A stretch of 64,000 bases of DNA from Acidimicrobiales bacterium (GTDB lineage Bacteria; Actinomycetota; Acidimicrobiia; Acidimicrobiales; SZUA-35), in assembly GCA_041394345.1 (NCBI GenBank), contig JAWKIN010000016.1, positions 28,859 to 92,858 on the forward strand, in the 5' to 3' direction. This document shows positions 1 to 10,769 of this stretch, one piece after another. Below the pieces are notes generated by a model that was not told the DNA's origin, did no database searches, and saw nothing but the letters and a program-made list of their open reading frames with translations. The number at the start of each line of letters is the position of its first letter. Position 1 is the stretch's first letter. Made by a program: the position numbers and the translations under genes.

Positions 1-779
1 AACGTCGCTCTCTTCGGTTTGAAGGTCGCCAAGGTCCCGGAAGGCAGACATCAAGCTGCGTACGCCAGGCGCTCAACCTCGTTCGTCTCGAGGGCTTCGA
101 GAACCGGCGACCCACCGAGCTCTCCGGTGGCCAACGCCAACGCGCCAACTCCTGCCGGTCGACAAATAACCGGCCTAAGGTGTTGCTGCTCGACGAGCCT
201 CTCTCCGCCCTCGACCTGAAAGTCCGCTTGAAATGGAAGTGGAGCTACGGCGGGTCCACCGGGAGACCGGAGCGACTTTCGTCTATGTCACCCACGACCA
301 GCGCGAGGCCCTCTTGGCTCGTCTGATCTGAATCGCAGTGTTCAACTCGGGACGAGTTATCCAACTCGATAGTGCCGAGTCGATCTTACCGTGAGCCTGA
401 GTCGAAGTTTGCCGCCAGTTTCGTCGGAGACGTAACGTTTTCGATGTTGATGTGGCGTCGGTCGAGGCGGGATGCGTCGTGACCCGGACCGACTCCGTCT
501 TCCTGTCGTGGCATCGGCCGATTCAACGGGCCATCGCGTACTCGTCGTACGGCTCGAGCATGTCCGTTTCCTGACCGGCGGGCGGTGCGCTGGAAGCCAC
601 CATTATCGATGCCGGGGTGCTTCGTGGCTCGGCGCTGACCTTACCGTGCCGACCGCCGTGCCCTTGGCGCAACCATGAGCATAGCCGAGATTCCCGATGA
701 TCTGGACGCCATCGAGGTTGGTTCTACCGTCACGGTGACGTGGAATCCCGACCGGTCGAGGCTCCTGGCTCGTGACTAG
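1..779 (+). CDS. ABC transporter ATP-binding protein (PotA/MalK-like), 5'-truncated, frameshifted
   Basis: Manual translation across indels gives LSGGQRQR (signature), [17 protein letters not shown] (Walker B/D-loop), [11 protein letters not shown] (H-switch) and a TOBE-like end [22 protein letters not shown]; stop overlaps the sulfatase start. Confidence 0.85.
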
Positions 780-2358
780 GCCACCCAAACTCATCCTCGT
801 CATTGTCGGCGATCAGCTCCGAGCCGATCATCTCGGATTCGGCGGAATGGAGCTCGCGCACACACCAAACCTTGACACGTTGGCTGCGACCGGAACCGTG
901 TTTGACCGGGCCCACGTGACCAATCCGATCTGCATGCCGAGTCGGGCGACGCTGGCGACCGGTCGTTGGCCGTCGGTACATGGCACGCGGACAAACGGTG
1001 TCCCGCTCGACCCCACGGCCGAGACGGTAATGAGCGGACTTCGACGGTCGGGGTGGCACACCGCCGCCGTCGGCAAGCTGCACCTGCAGACGATGGGATG
1101 GCCAGCCGAAGACTTCCAACTGGCCGAGATCGCCGCTACCAATCCGGAATCGATCGATCCCGCCCTCGTCGATGCTCGGGGCGGGCGCTTGGGACACCGC
1201 TACGACTGGGAAGACCTGCGGCGCCATCGCGATGAACTGGTCGAAATGCCAGACGACTACTACGGCTTTGCGTCAAGCGAGTTGGTTGTCGGACACGGCG
1301 ACCGTGCCAGCGGCCACTATGCGCACTGGCTGAAGGAGAAGGGCGTTGATCCGGCACCACTCGCCGGACACGCCAACTCGGCGTTCCCGAGCCGGCTCTG
1401 GGATCAGGTGTGGACCACGGGTGTACCAGTCGAGTTGGGCACGAGCGCCTTTGTCGCCGAGCGCACGGTCAACCAAATCAACGCGGCCGCTACGCGCGAA
1501 GGACCGACATTTATCTTTGCCTCGTTCCCCGACCCTCACCATCCGTTCTGTCCCCCACCAGCGTTCGCCGGCCTGGTCTCGCCCCAGGACATACCGCTCC
1601 CGTCGACGTTCCACCAGGCGCCAGAGGGGCTACCAGCACACATCCAGTATTTGCTGGCACATCGCGGCACTCCCCACGCCGATCCGATGTTCAGCTTCGC
1701 CGCAACCGAAGAACAGTTCCGAGAAGCGATGGTTGCCGAGATCGGCCTGATGGCCACACTTGACGCTGCCGTTGGCCAGATGCTGACGGCCATCACCGCC
1801 GCCGGGCTCGCCGACCAAACGACCATTGTCTTCACCGCCGATCACGGCGACATGTTCGGCGACCACGGGCTGATGCTCAAGCACCACGTTCACTACGAGG
1901 GCGTCACCCGTGTCCCGTTGGTGATCGCGGGCCAAGGCGCACGCCCCCACCGAACCGATGCGCTCGTGTCCAACGCCGACATCGTGCCAACAATCTTTGA
2001 GCTCGCTGGTGTCGCTGGGCATCGCGGCATCCAAGGTCGTAGCCTCGTACCGGTTCTCGATGGTTCGACGACGACCCACCGTGATGCGGTGTTGATCGAG
2101 GAAGATCAGCCGTTTGGGGCGACCAACCTTCCTGGTCCGGTGCGCATCCGGACCCTCATCACCGACGAAGGGCGGCTCACTATCTATCACGGCACCGACG
2201 AGGCCGAGTTCTACAATCATCTCGTCGATCCGCTCGAGGAAGACAACCGGCACCGCCAAGCCGAGTCAGCCGCGCTGGTCAGCAACGCTCGTGATCGAAT
2301 GCTCTGCGAGGTACTATCGCTTGCGGACGAAGGTAGTCGGGTACTACACGGTGCGTAG
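772..2358 (+). CDS. Cys-type sulfatase family hydrolase
   Basis: GDQLRADHLG, CMPSR (CxPxR), VGKLH, DPHHPF and FTADHGDMFGDHG motifs; intact 528 aa. Confidence 0.93.
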   Translation: MTRPPKLILVIVGDQLRADHLGFGGMELAHTPNLDTLAATGTVFDRAHVTNPICMPSRATLATGRWPSVHGTRTNGVPLDPTAETVMSGLRRSGWHTAAVGKLHLQTMGWPAEDFQLAEIAATNPESIDPALVDARGGRLGHRYDWEDLRRHRDELVEMPDDYYGFASSELVVGHGDRASGHYAHWLKEKGVDPAPLAGHANSAFPSRLWDQVWTTGVPVELGTSAFVAERTVNQINAAATREGPTFIFASFPDPHHPFCPPPAFAGLVSPQDIPLPSTFHQAPEGLPAHIQYLLAHRGTPHADPMFSFAATEEQFREAMVAEIGLMATLDAAVGQMLTAITAAGLADQTTIVFTADHGDMFGDHGLMLKHHVHYEGVTRVPLVIAGQGARPHRTDALVSNADIVPTIFELAGVAGHRGIQGRSLVPVLDGSTTTHRDAVLIEEDQPFGATNLPGPVRIRTLITDEGRLTIYHGTDEAEFYNHLVDPLEEDNRHRQAESAALVSNARDRMLCEVLSLADEGSRVLHGA

Positions 2359-2376
2359 CCGGATTGGTGTGTTTGG

Positions 2377-3208
2377 GTGACCACAGAGTTCAGCCGATCG
2401 GCACGAGAATCGGCGGGGCCGCGCGACTGGATCCTCGACATCTACGGCTCGTTCGTTCGCGACTTTTGGGCGGCTGGATCGTGGTCGCCGACTTACCAAG
2501 CCCTTGAGACCCTTGCTACGTGCCGCTTCGGGTCGGTCCGCACTTTCGAGAATGAAGCGCCGAGGCGAGCTCGTTTCGGTCCAACGCGGCACCGTTCGTG
2601 GCTACGCCCTCACCGACTCGGCCGAGCAATGGTTCGGAAGCGCTGGCACGCCACGCATCATGGAGGGACGACCAGAGTTTGTCGATGAATCCTGGCTGCT
2701 CGCGCCGTTCAGCGTGCCGGAGGAGAGTCGTTCGATCCGCTACCAGATCCGGGAAGTCGCCTACAAGACCTCGGGTTTGACAGGTGTCTGGTGGTCTGAT
2801 GATCGCACCCGTGCTCATTCTCGACGAGGTGATGGGAGCGCTGTCTCGCGACCGCTTCACCGACTACGTCGAGCTCTGGCAGGCCGACCATCTCGGACCA
2901 GGCGAGATGACCAAGCTCGTGGCCGGCGCGTGGATCTCAATCGGATTCACGCTGCCTACACGGAGTACCTCACCACCGCAAATGGACTTGTGGCGCTCGG
3001 GCGACCAGAAGATGACGAGACGGCGCTCGTCCGGTATCTGATCAACGTCAATACCTGGCGAATTGCCCCTTCCTCGACCCCCGGCATCCCGCCTTCGCCT
3101 ACCTTCCCGATGACTGGCTTAGCGTCGAGGCCCGTTCGAAGCCCCCAGCTGGCCGCCGAGTTGCGGCCAGCCGCGTGGCGCCACTTTGTCCGTTTGGTAT
3201 CGAGCTAG
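2377..3208 (+). CDS. PaaX family transcriptional regulator (frameshifted)
   Basis: PRDWILDIYGSFVRD, RSALSRMKRRGELVS..RGYALT (wHTH) and WLLAPFSVPEESRSIRYQIR segments typical of PaaX, spread over ORFs 2377..2688, 2504..3208 and 2784..3041. Confidence 0.8.
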
Positions 3209-4128
3209 CTACACACCAACAATGGGGTGAGAGATCGTTCCGATGCCCTCGACATGAGCGGTGATCCGGTCGCGCCTGGCCACATCCAGACCTGTGGGTC
3301 GCGACCAGCGCCGACGCCTTCGGGGGTGCCGGTCATGATGATGTCGCCTGGGTCGAGCGACATGCCCTGGCTGATGTCACTGATCAGCTCGGGAATCTTG
3401 AAGCATGTGTGCTTTGTATTCGACGACGCTCGCATCGTTTCCCGCTGTTCTTGCGAGCCAGAGGTCGAGTGCGTGGGTCGTCGATGGCGTCGGCGGTGAC
3501 GATCCACGGGCCCATCGGCGCATAGGTGTCTTTGCCCCTTCGACACAATCCACTGACCGGGCCCGACGGGCGTCGCGGGCCGACACGTCGATCATCACCG
3601 TGTAGCCGAACACGTGGGCCATTGCATCGTCCACCGACACCCGCTTGCCCCCCAGTGCCGATGACCATGGCCAATTCGACCTCCCAATCGAGTTGCTGGG
3701 TGAGTTCAGGATTGTGTTCGATGGCATCGCCAGGGCCGCACACGGCCGACGGCGGCTTGGAAAGATCACCGGCTTGTCTGGCATCTCCTTGGCGGTGTCG
3801 AGGATCGCTTCGACTCTCGGCAACGTGCTCGGCGTAGTGTTGAGGCCGATGCCCTACATAGCCTCTGGGGCAAAGGAATTGGGGCCAAAGCCTCCGACGT
3901 TGGCCAGCGGACGTCGGACGCCTGACTGCTATCAGTGACTCCGTCGGCGATGAGTTCGCCAAGCGCAGCAACGGCGTCAGGGCCGAGGTCGATGAGTTCG
4001 AGCATGGTCGAGGGAAGGTCGACGCCCGAGCGATGGCCGAGCACGGCAACATCGATCAGGCTGTCGCCTTGCACGACGCCAAGGCGCGCTTCGTCGAGAG
4101 GAGTAGAGCGATAGGCGGCGAGCTTCAT
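3205..4128 (-). CDS. Fumarylacetoacetate hydrolase family protein (frameshifted)
   Basis: QLDWEVELAMVIG, GYTVMIDVSARD, GKDTYAPMGPWIVT and LDPGDIIMTGTPEGVG in adjacent frames. Confidence 0.9.
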
Positions 4129-5281
4129 TAGTTCGTACGTTGCCTCTCATTTGATGCGGTGACTTCTTGGTGTCCGTCGTTGTCGACGAGGCCCTGCTCC
4201 CGCTGAAATCCGAGCTCGATTACCGGGAAGTCGTTGAAACTGAACAGGCAGGCGTCTCTTGCCAGGACGTTTGCGTGCTCATGCCATGCCCACGGAAGGC
4301 ACGCAGAAGATGTCCTTTTTTCCTTCCAGTGGAACTCTTCGCCAGCAATGATCGAGCGACCAGAACCCTTGGCGACTTGATCCGATACATCGAGTTCCCA
4401 GTGTGGCGATGCGCCTTGGTGTGTTCGCCAGGGCGGAGCATCTGCATGCTGGCGCCCATCGTGGCCATGACATGGCCACCCGTGTGGGGGTTGGAGAATC
4501 GCAGAATGACACCGTCGTGTTCGTCCTCGAGGCCCGCCGACGCTGCCCGCTGCAGCCCCTCATAGGTCTCGTCCCACCCAAACCGGAAGAGAGGAGAGTA
4601 GGGCCGGTCCCAGCTGTATTTGGTGGGCAGCAGGCCGATATTGCCGAAAATCTTGGCGGAGTCATTGCGTGGGTACTCAGCCACTTGATAGTCGTTCGGG
4701 TGCGTCTCATACCAGTTCGCTTCGAGCGCGTTGGTCAAAGGAATGTCGAGGCCGTCCTGCCAGAGACAGATCTCACCGTCGTCGGCGACGCCGTGATCGT
4801 GCCAGGTCCCATTGGGGGTGAGTACGAAGTCTCTGGCACCCAGATCCACATGATGGCCATCAACGATCGTGTACCCGCCTGAGCCTTCCATGATAAAGCG
4901 AAGCGCCGACGCGCCATGACGGTGGCCGGGAGCCCTCTCGCCCGGCCGCATCACCTGAATCCCGCTGAAGAGCAGGCCAACGGCAGCGCTGATCTGCCTG
5001 CGGTTTGGGTTTCGGAGATACACCACGCGGCGGCCCGAATCCTCAGGGCTCACCAGGTCGAGTGCTCGAAGCGCCTTCTCGCGGAGCTTCTCCCACGGCC
5101 ACAAGAACGGGGCCGCAAACGCATGGGGCTCCCACGGCTCGATGTCGTTGGCCACCGTCCAGAGCGCACCGGTCTCGAGCTCGTCGAGTTCCTCGTAGTA
5201 CTTCTGAAGGTCTTCGTTGTCCTTGACCCGGGCTCGGCCGAGTTTGCTGTCACGATCGACGTCGATTTCGTCAATGGTCAT
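4128..5281 (-). CDS. Bicupin ring-cleaving dioxygenase, gentisate 1,2-dioxygenase-like (C-terminal frameshift)
   Basis: RRVVYLRNP, GERAPGHRHGASALRF, TPNGTWHDHG, DGLDIPL and second cupin HTKAHRHTG; start MTIDEID at 5281 overlaps the nitrilase stop. Confidence 0.88.
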
Positions 5282-6300
5282 GGAGTCTCCGTTGGCTCGT
5301 CGTGATTGCTTCCAGTGAGATCGATCGGTCCGGCGAGCGCGGCCTCGGGTCCCTGAGCGGAAGTATTGACCGAGAAGCTGAACACATCGAACCGGTTGTA
5401 GTGGCCAGTGATGTTGTGCATCTGTGTTGGCTGCACACACTTGGCGAGGTCGATGGTGGCATAGGCGATGCCTTCGACGTCGATGATCGGTTCGCCGATC
5501 ACGGCACCGTCCGGACCGATGATGCCGCTCCACGCTGCGTTCTTTCGCGCAAACATGGCGGCGGCGTCAGGTACCTCGGCGACCATTGCGTCGACAATCT
5601 CCTCCGAGAGCGTCGAACATGCCGTGATGTTGAACAGCTTGCCTTCGAATGCGTGGGCCGCGCTACGGGTCTGGATTGCCGCCGACATGTCGTAGTCGGC
5701 AGGGGCGGTTGGCAACGAGATGTAGGCCGACACGTGAATGAGCTCGCCCCGCTCGAGCAGGGCAAACCGGGCGAGCGTATTGGTGTTCTCGCCGCACGCC
5801 AGGACGCCGAGCGGGCCAAGGCTAGTGTCGTGAACGACCAGGCTCGAGCCGTCGCCCCCGGTCCAGGTCAGCTTCTCGGCCCAGGTTGGCACGAGCTTGC
5901 GGTGTCGGCCGATCAGGAAGCCGTTGTCATCGATGGTGAGCACCGTGTTGAAGATGGTGCCAACCCCAATGTCCGACCGTTCGTTGATGCCGACAACGAC
6001 ATGGCAGCCGTACTTCTTGGCGGCGGCCGCAATCTTCCGAACCTCCGGACCCGTTGCGCTCACCGACGCGTCGTGCAGGCGATGGAACCACTTGCTGCCG
6101 GCCAGGGGCGACATGATCCAGTTCCAATAGGGGTAGCCGGGGACGAAGACCTCAGGGAAGGCCACGAGCTTCGCACCATTCCCTGCCGCTTCGGCGATCA
6201 GTCGAGCGGCCTTGTCGGCGGTTGCATCGGCATCGAGGAAGACCGGTGAAGCCTGGACGGCGGCAGCAACAAAAGGTGAGTGGACATCAGCGACAGTCAT
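5278..6300 (-). CDS. Nitrilase / carbon-nitrogen hydrolase family protein
   Basis: Catalytic triad contexts FPEVFVPGYP (Glu), RHRKLVPT (Lys), LACGEN (Cys) and GHYNRFDVF; start MTVAD at 6300 after GGAG. Confidence 0.92.
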   Translation of the reverse strand: MTVADVHSPFVAAAVQASPVFLDADATADKAARLIAEAAGNGAKLVAFPEVFVPGYPYWNWIMSPLAGSKWFHRLHDASVSATGPEVRKIAAAAKKYGCHVVVGINERSDIGVGTIFNTVLTIDDNGFLIGRHRKLVPTWAEKLTWTGGDGSSLVVHDTSLGPLGVLACGENTNTLARFALLERGELIHVSAYISLPTAPADYDMSAAIQTRSAAHAFEGKLFNITACSTLSEEIVDAMVAEVPDAAAMFARKNAAWSGIIGPDGAVIGEPIIDVEGIAYATIDLAKCVQPTQMHNITGHYNRFDVFSFSVNTSAQGPEAALAGPIDLTGSNHDEPTETP

Positions 6301-6451
6301 AGAAACTCCTCCAGAGAAGTATAGTGTAGAATTGTCGTTCGTCGCAAGTACACCATGCAAACGCCGATGCTGACCCATCTATGTTGGATCTCAGAACTTT
6401 GGAATATTCGCATGATTTGCGGTCGTCGATATTACGCGATATGTTGCCCGT

Positions 6452-7264
6452 ATGACTGACGCCACTCCTGCCTCCCCGGTTGCGGTCGCCGATCATCGCC
6501 ATGATGGGCTGTCGTGGCGCGAGTCCGGCAAGGGCCCGCCAGTGATCTTCCTTCACGGACTCGGCGGCACCCGATCGGCATGGGGATCTCAACTTCGGGG
6601 ACTCGCCGACCAATTCCGCTGCATCGCGTGGGACATGCCGGGCTATGGCGATGCTGCCCCCCTCACCCCACTCACGTATCGGGGCATTGCTCAGCGAGTT
6701 GTCGACCTGATCGATGCGGTCGGTGCCGAGCGGGCCGACCTCGTCGGCTTGTCCTTTGGCGGCATGCAAGCGCTGCACACTGCCATCAACTTTCCACAAC
6801 GAGTCGGCCGACTGGTGTTGGCCGACACGAGTCCTGCATTCGGCATGGACGGCACCACCAAAGAAGACTGGACCAGGGACCGACTCGCGCCGCTCGAAAA
6901 CGGCGGCACGCCTGCCGATGGGGCGGAGCGAGTCATCGATCTCATCACCGGAATCCGGCTCACCGGCGAAATCCGAGCGGAACAAATCCAGTGCTTCAGC
7001 GAGATTTCGCCCGAGGGCTTCCGCTCTGCAGTCGAATGTCTGCCGACCAACGACATCCGCTCCCAGCTTCAGTCGATCGAGCATCCATCGCTCGTGATTG
7101 TTGGCGAACTCGACAAGGAGACGCCGCCAAGCTACGCCGCAGTGCTCAACGACGGCCTACCGAACAGTCGTCTCGAGATTTTGCCTGGCGTTGGACACTT
7201 GTCGCCCGCTGAGGCTCCCGACGCATTCAACGCCCTTGTCCGTGACTTCCTACTCACACGCTAA
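6452..7264 (+). CDS. Alpha/beta hydrolase
   Basis: FLHGLGG oxyanion motif, GLSFG nucleophile elbow, GELD and GVGHL. Confidence 0.9.
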   Translation: MTDATPASPVAVADHRHDGLSWRESGKGPPVIFLHGLGGTRSAWGSQLRGLADQFRCIAWDMPGYGDAAPLTPLTYRGIAQRVVDLIDAVGAERADLVGLSFGGMQALHTAINFPQRVGRLVLADTSPAFGMDGTTKEDWTRDRLAPLENGGTPADGAERVIDLITGIRLTGEIRAEQIQCFSEISPEGFRSAVECLPTNDIRSQLQSIEHPSLVIVGELDKETPPSYAAVLNDGLPNSRLEILPGVGHLSPAEAPDAFNALVRDFLLTR

Positions 7265-7281
7265 GCACCGAAGGAAACCCG

Positions 7282-8449
7282 ATGAATAGTCCATTGCACA
7301 CTCCTGAACGCATCGCTCTCGTCGAAAAGGTGGCCGAGCTTGGTCCTCGGATTGCTGCTCGTTCGGACGAACTTGACCGGTCGGCCGCGTTCCCTTTCGC
7401 AAACTGGGAAGACCTCAAGGCGGCGGGCCTGCTGTCGGTCGCTATCCCGAAGGAGGCGGGCGGCCTCGGCGGCGACTTCGTTGGCTATGCCCTCGTGTCG
7501 GAGGAACTCGCCCGCCACGACGCCAGCACCGCGCTCACGTTCAATATGCACGTGGCCACCACACTGCTCGTCGGACAAATCGGCGACCTCGTCGGACTCA
7601 ATGCGGCTGACCAGGCCTTCCTCGATGCCCGTCGGGCGATCCTCTGGCAGGGCGTGGTTGAAGACAAGCACATCCACTCGCAACCATTTTCCGAAGGCAT
7701 CATGGTTGGGGCCACGAGCGGGTACGCCACTCGGGCAAAACCGGTCGATGGCGGCTTCCTCGTCACCGGCAAGAAGATCTTTGCGTCGCTCGCAGGTGCC
7801 GCCGACTACCACAACGTCCTTTGCCAGGTTGAAGGCGACGATCGGCTCAGGCTCCTGGGGTGCCCCACGCAGGAAAGGGCGTCGAAATCGTCGGCGATTG
7901 GGACCCGCTTGGCATGCGCGGCACCGATTCACGCAACCTCGTCATGACGGACGTCTTCGTTCCCGCCGAACACGAATGGCTCCCACCCGGGATGTTTAAT
8001 CAGGCCGCCGATCGGTTCCCCTATTTCTACATGACGCTGTCGTTCTCGTTCTTGGGCCTGATGCGCTCCATTCTCGACTTCACCCAGGAGTATCTGGCGA
8101 CCAGCGGACGCCGCGATTTCCAATCAAACAGCAGGGTTGGGCCGAGATGAACATCATTTACGAACAGGCTCAAGCACTCTGCTATCGAGTCCTTGGCGAT
8201 GTCGATATCGATCCGTCACCAGAAAAGGTCCGTCGGGCGATGACGTCGCTCGTCACCACAATGGAAGGCGCTCCACAGATGGCCTCAACGGCAATCCGTG
8301 TTTGCGGCGGCCGGTCGATGTTGCGCCCAAGCCTTATCGAGCGGGCGTACCGAGACGCACGTTGTGGTGCGACTATGCTCCCCTGGAGTGTCGAAGTTGC
8401 GCTCGAGCGGCTCGGCAAGGCCGGTCTCTACGAAGATGGTGACGTGTGA
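7282..8449 (+). CDS. Acyl-CoA dehydrogenase-fold flavoprotein (frameshifted twice)
   Basis: LLSVAIPKEAGGLG, VTGKKIFAS, WDPLGMRGTDS and AIRVCGGRSML..IERAYRDARCG across ORFs 7282..7947, 7860..8150 and 8147..8449. Confidence 0.88.
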
Positions 8450-9489
8450 ACGAGTCGTCCGCCGAGTGGCGTTGGGTCAAGCGGTACGCCGAACAATTTG
8501 CGGCCTGCGAACTCAAGCCGGGCGAGGTCGCGGTGCTGCTGTACGAGGCTTCGAGCTCGCCCAAGATCGTCGAGACTGCTCGCATGGCGCTCGAGATGAT
8601 GGGCGCTGCTGTTGCCGATCTGCGCATGCCGACGCCGCCGAATCCTGGTCCGCTCCCCATCCGCTCCACTGGGGCGTCCCAAGCCATCGCCGGCCACCGG
8701 GCGGCGATCGCTGCGTTGCGCGAGGCAGATTTTGTGGTCGACTGCACCGCCGAAGGGCTACTCCATGCACCGGAACTGGGCGAGATCCTGAGTGGCACGG
8801 CCCGGGTCTTGATGATCTCGGCTGAGCATCCAGAGAACGCCGAACGTTGGCCTCACGACCAGGCGTTCGCCGAGAAAGTAAACCGTGGCGTCGCCATGCT
8901 GGAGAACGCCTCGCAGATGCGGGTCACCTCCGCGGCTGGCACCGACCTGACCATCGACCTCACTGGCGCATTCCGGGCCGGGTCCTATGGCTGGTGCACC
9001 GAGCCTGGAACCATCGCTCACTGGCCGGGCGGGCTGGTGCTCGCGTTCCCCGCAGCGGGGACCGTCAACGGCACCGTCGTCCTGGCCGCTGGTGATATCA
9101 ACCTGACGTTCAACGAGTACATTCGCGAACCGATCACCCTCACGATTGTCGATGATTACATCACCGACATCTCTGGTGATGGCCACGACGCCGCGCTTAT
9201 GTCGTCCTACATTGCAGCCTTCGGCGAACCCGAGGCCTATGCCGTGAGCCATGTTGGCTGGGGCATGAACCAAGCGGCTCGCTGGGAGGCGCTGGCGATG
9301 TGGGACAAGTCGGCGATCAACGGCACCGAACTGCGTGCGTTCGCTGGCAACTTCGTGTACTCCACGGGGGCGAACGAGGTAGCTGGCCGCTTCTGCCGCG
9401 GTCACTTCGATCTGCCGATGCGTCACTGCACGGTGTCGCTTGACGGTGCAGTTGTGGTCGACGCAGGCGTTCTGCGTGACCTCGCCTAA
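8446..9489 (+). CDS. 2,5-dihydroxypyridine 5,6-dioxygenase (NicX)-like / peptidase M29-fold protein
   Basis: MRVTSAAGTDL, HWPGGLV, SHVGWGM, ELRAFAGNFVYSTG and GHFDLPMRHCTVSLDG resemble NicX including His/His-x-Asp metal ligands. Confidence 0.78.
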   Translation: MNESSAEWRWVKRYAEQFAACELKPGEVAVLLYEASSSPKIVETARMALEMMGAAVADLRMPTPPNPGPLPIRSTGASQAIAGHRAAIAALREADFVVDCTAEGLLHAPELGEILSGTARVLMISAEHPENAERWPHDQAFAEKVNRGVAMLENASQMRVTSAAGTDLTIDLTGAFRAGSYGWCTEPGTIAHWPGGLVLAFPAAGTVNGTVVLAAGDINLTFNEYIREPITLTIVDDYITDISGDGHDAALMSSYIAAFGEPEAYAVSHVGWGMNQAARWEALAMWDKSAINGTELRAFAGNFVYSTGANEVAGRFCRGHFDLPMRHCTVSLDGAVVVDAGVLRDLA

Positions 9490-9504
9490 CCCCACCACGT
9501 ACTG

Positions 9505-9705
9505 GGGTCCGACGCTTCCGTACTTCGTACTCGACTACGCCGTGATACCTGATCCTCGACGCAGTCGAGCGGACACACCACCGGCCGTGAGGCGCCAAGC
9601 TGCAGCACCGTAATCGACTGACGTGCGCGACGGGCCCACCTCGCCGCTGAAGGTTGGGCTCGGCTGGATCTGGGCCCGAGTACGAAGTACGGAAGCGTCG
9701 GACCC
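9505..9705. repeat. Perfect 29-bp terminal inverted repeat element (REPIN/MITE-like)
   Basis: gggtccgacgcttccgtacttcgtactcg at 9505-9533 and its exact reverse complement at 9677-9705, between convergent genes. Confidence 0.9.
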
Positions 9706-9735
9706 TGTGGTGCGGCGGGGCCGGCGGGGCGGGGG

Positions 9736-10467
9736 CTAGAGGTAGCCCCACTGGTGCAGCGTGCGAACTGTCTCGGCGGCGGCCTCAGCCGGTGCCAACC
9801 GCAGGGTCCGCGGTGGGCGTCACTGGCCTCGGTCGCCTTCGTGATAGCAAACACTCGCTCGCTCGGCGACTCCGCCAGCGGGCGCCGCCACGACGTCGGT
9901 CCGGGGCCGGTAGGGACGCCGTGCCGACACTCGCACACGAGACGGCGCAACGCATCGAACGGACGCACGTCTACGGTCGCCTCACCGCCGCCAACACGCC
10001 GGGCAAAGGACGCCTTGCCGCAAACGAGCGATCGAGCCATCGACCGACACAACCGCAGGCAACGGCGCTGTAAACGGCGACTCGGCCACGATCGACACGC
10101 CGGTGCACGCACAGTCCGCCCGCTCCCATCTCCATCGATATCGCCTGGTCAGACCGCGGCCGCCCGAGCGTCGCCGCGAAGTAACGCTGGAACTGCGCCC
10201 GCCACCGTCGCCGCACATGACGAGATCAGCTTCAGATGCGCAAACCGACGACAGGGCCGCAGCCACCGACTGAGCATCGTCGCCTTCGCAGGACAGACGA
10301 ACGGCGGAAGCCGCACCTACCGCCAGGCTGTCTCGCAACCCACCGTCTGCGGCCTCTGGACCAACACTTAGGACCGTAACCACCGAGTCATTGAACCGAA
10401 GCGCGAGTTCGAGCGCGGCCTGATCGCTTGCGGATGGCGATGGCAACTGGCAGACCACGATCTCCAT
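9736..10467 (-). CDS. etfB: Electron transfer flavoprotein beta subunit (mycofactocin-associated type), frameshifted
   Basis: ASDQAALELALR, VLSVGPEAADGGLRDSLAVGAASAVRL, DLVMCGD, LPAVVSVDG and a C-terminal LHQWGYL*. Confidence 0.8.
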
Positions 10468-10769
10468 CAGCTTTTGCGGAACACGACGCCGTGCCCACCC
10501 TCCGGATACGACCACGAGATCGCTCCATCGTTGTTGCAGAGCAGATAGCAGGTCCCGCACTCGAAGCACTCTTCGTAGTTGAACAGAATTCCACCGTCTG
10601 ACGTTGGCGCAAACAGGTTGGCCGGGCACGCCGACACACAGGTCCGTGTCGTGCAGCTCTTGCAGATTTCGGAGTCGACAACGATGTGCGCACCTGGCGC
10701 AACACGGAACTCGACCGTCCCCATCCGGTCAGCGAAGGCCACGTTGGGCCAGCGGTCTTTGAAGATCAT
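10467..10769 (-). CDS. fixX: FixX-like ferredoxin
   Basis: CKSCTTRTCVSACPANLF and YEECFECGTCYLLC..WSYPEGGHGV; coupled to the FixC-like gene. Confidence 0.87.
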   Translation of the reverse strand: MIFKDRWPNVAFADRMGTVEFRVAPGAHIVVDSEICKSCTTRTCVSACPANLFAPTSDGGILFNYEECFECGTCYLLCNNDGAISWSYPEGGHGVVFRKS

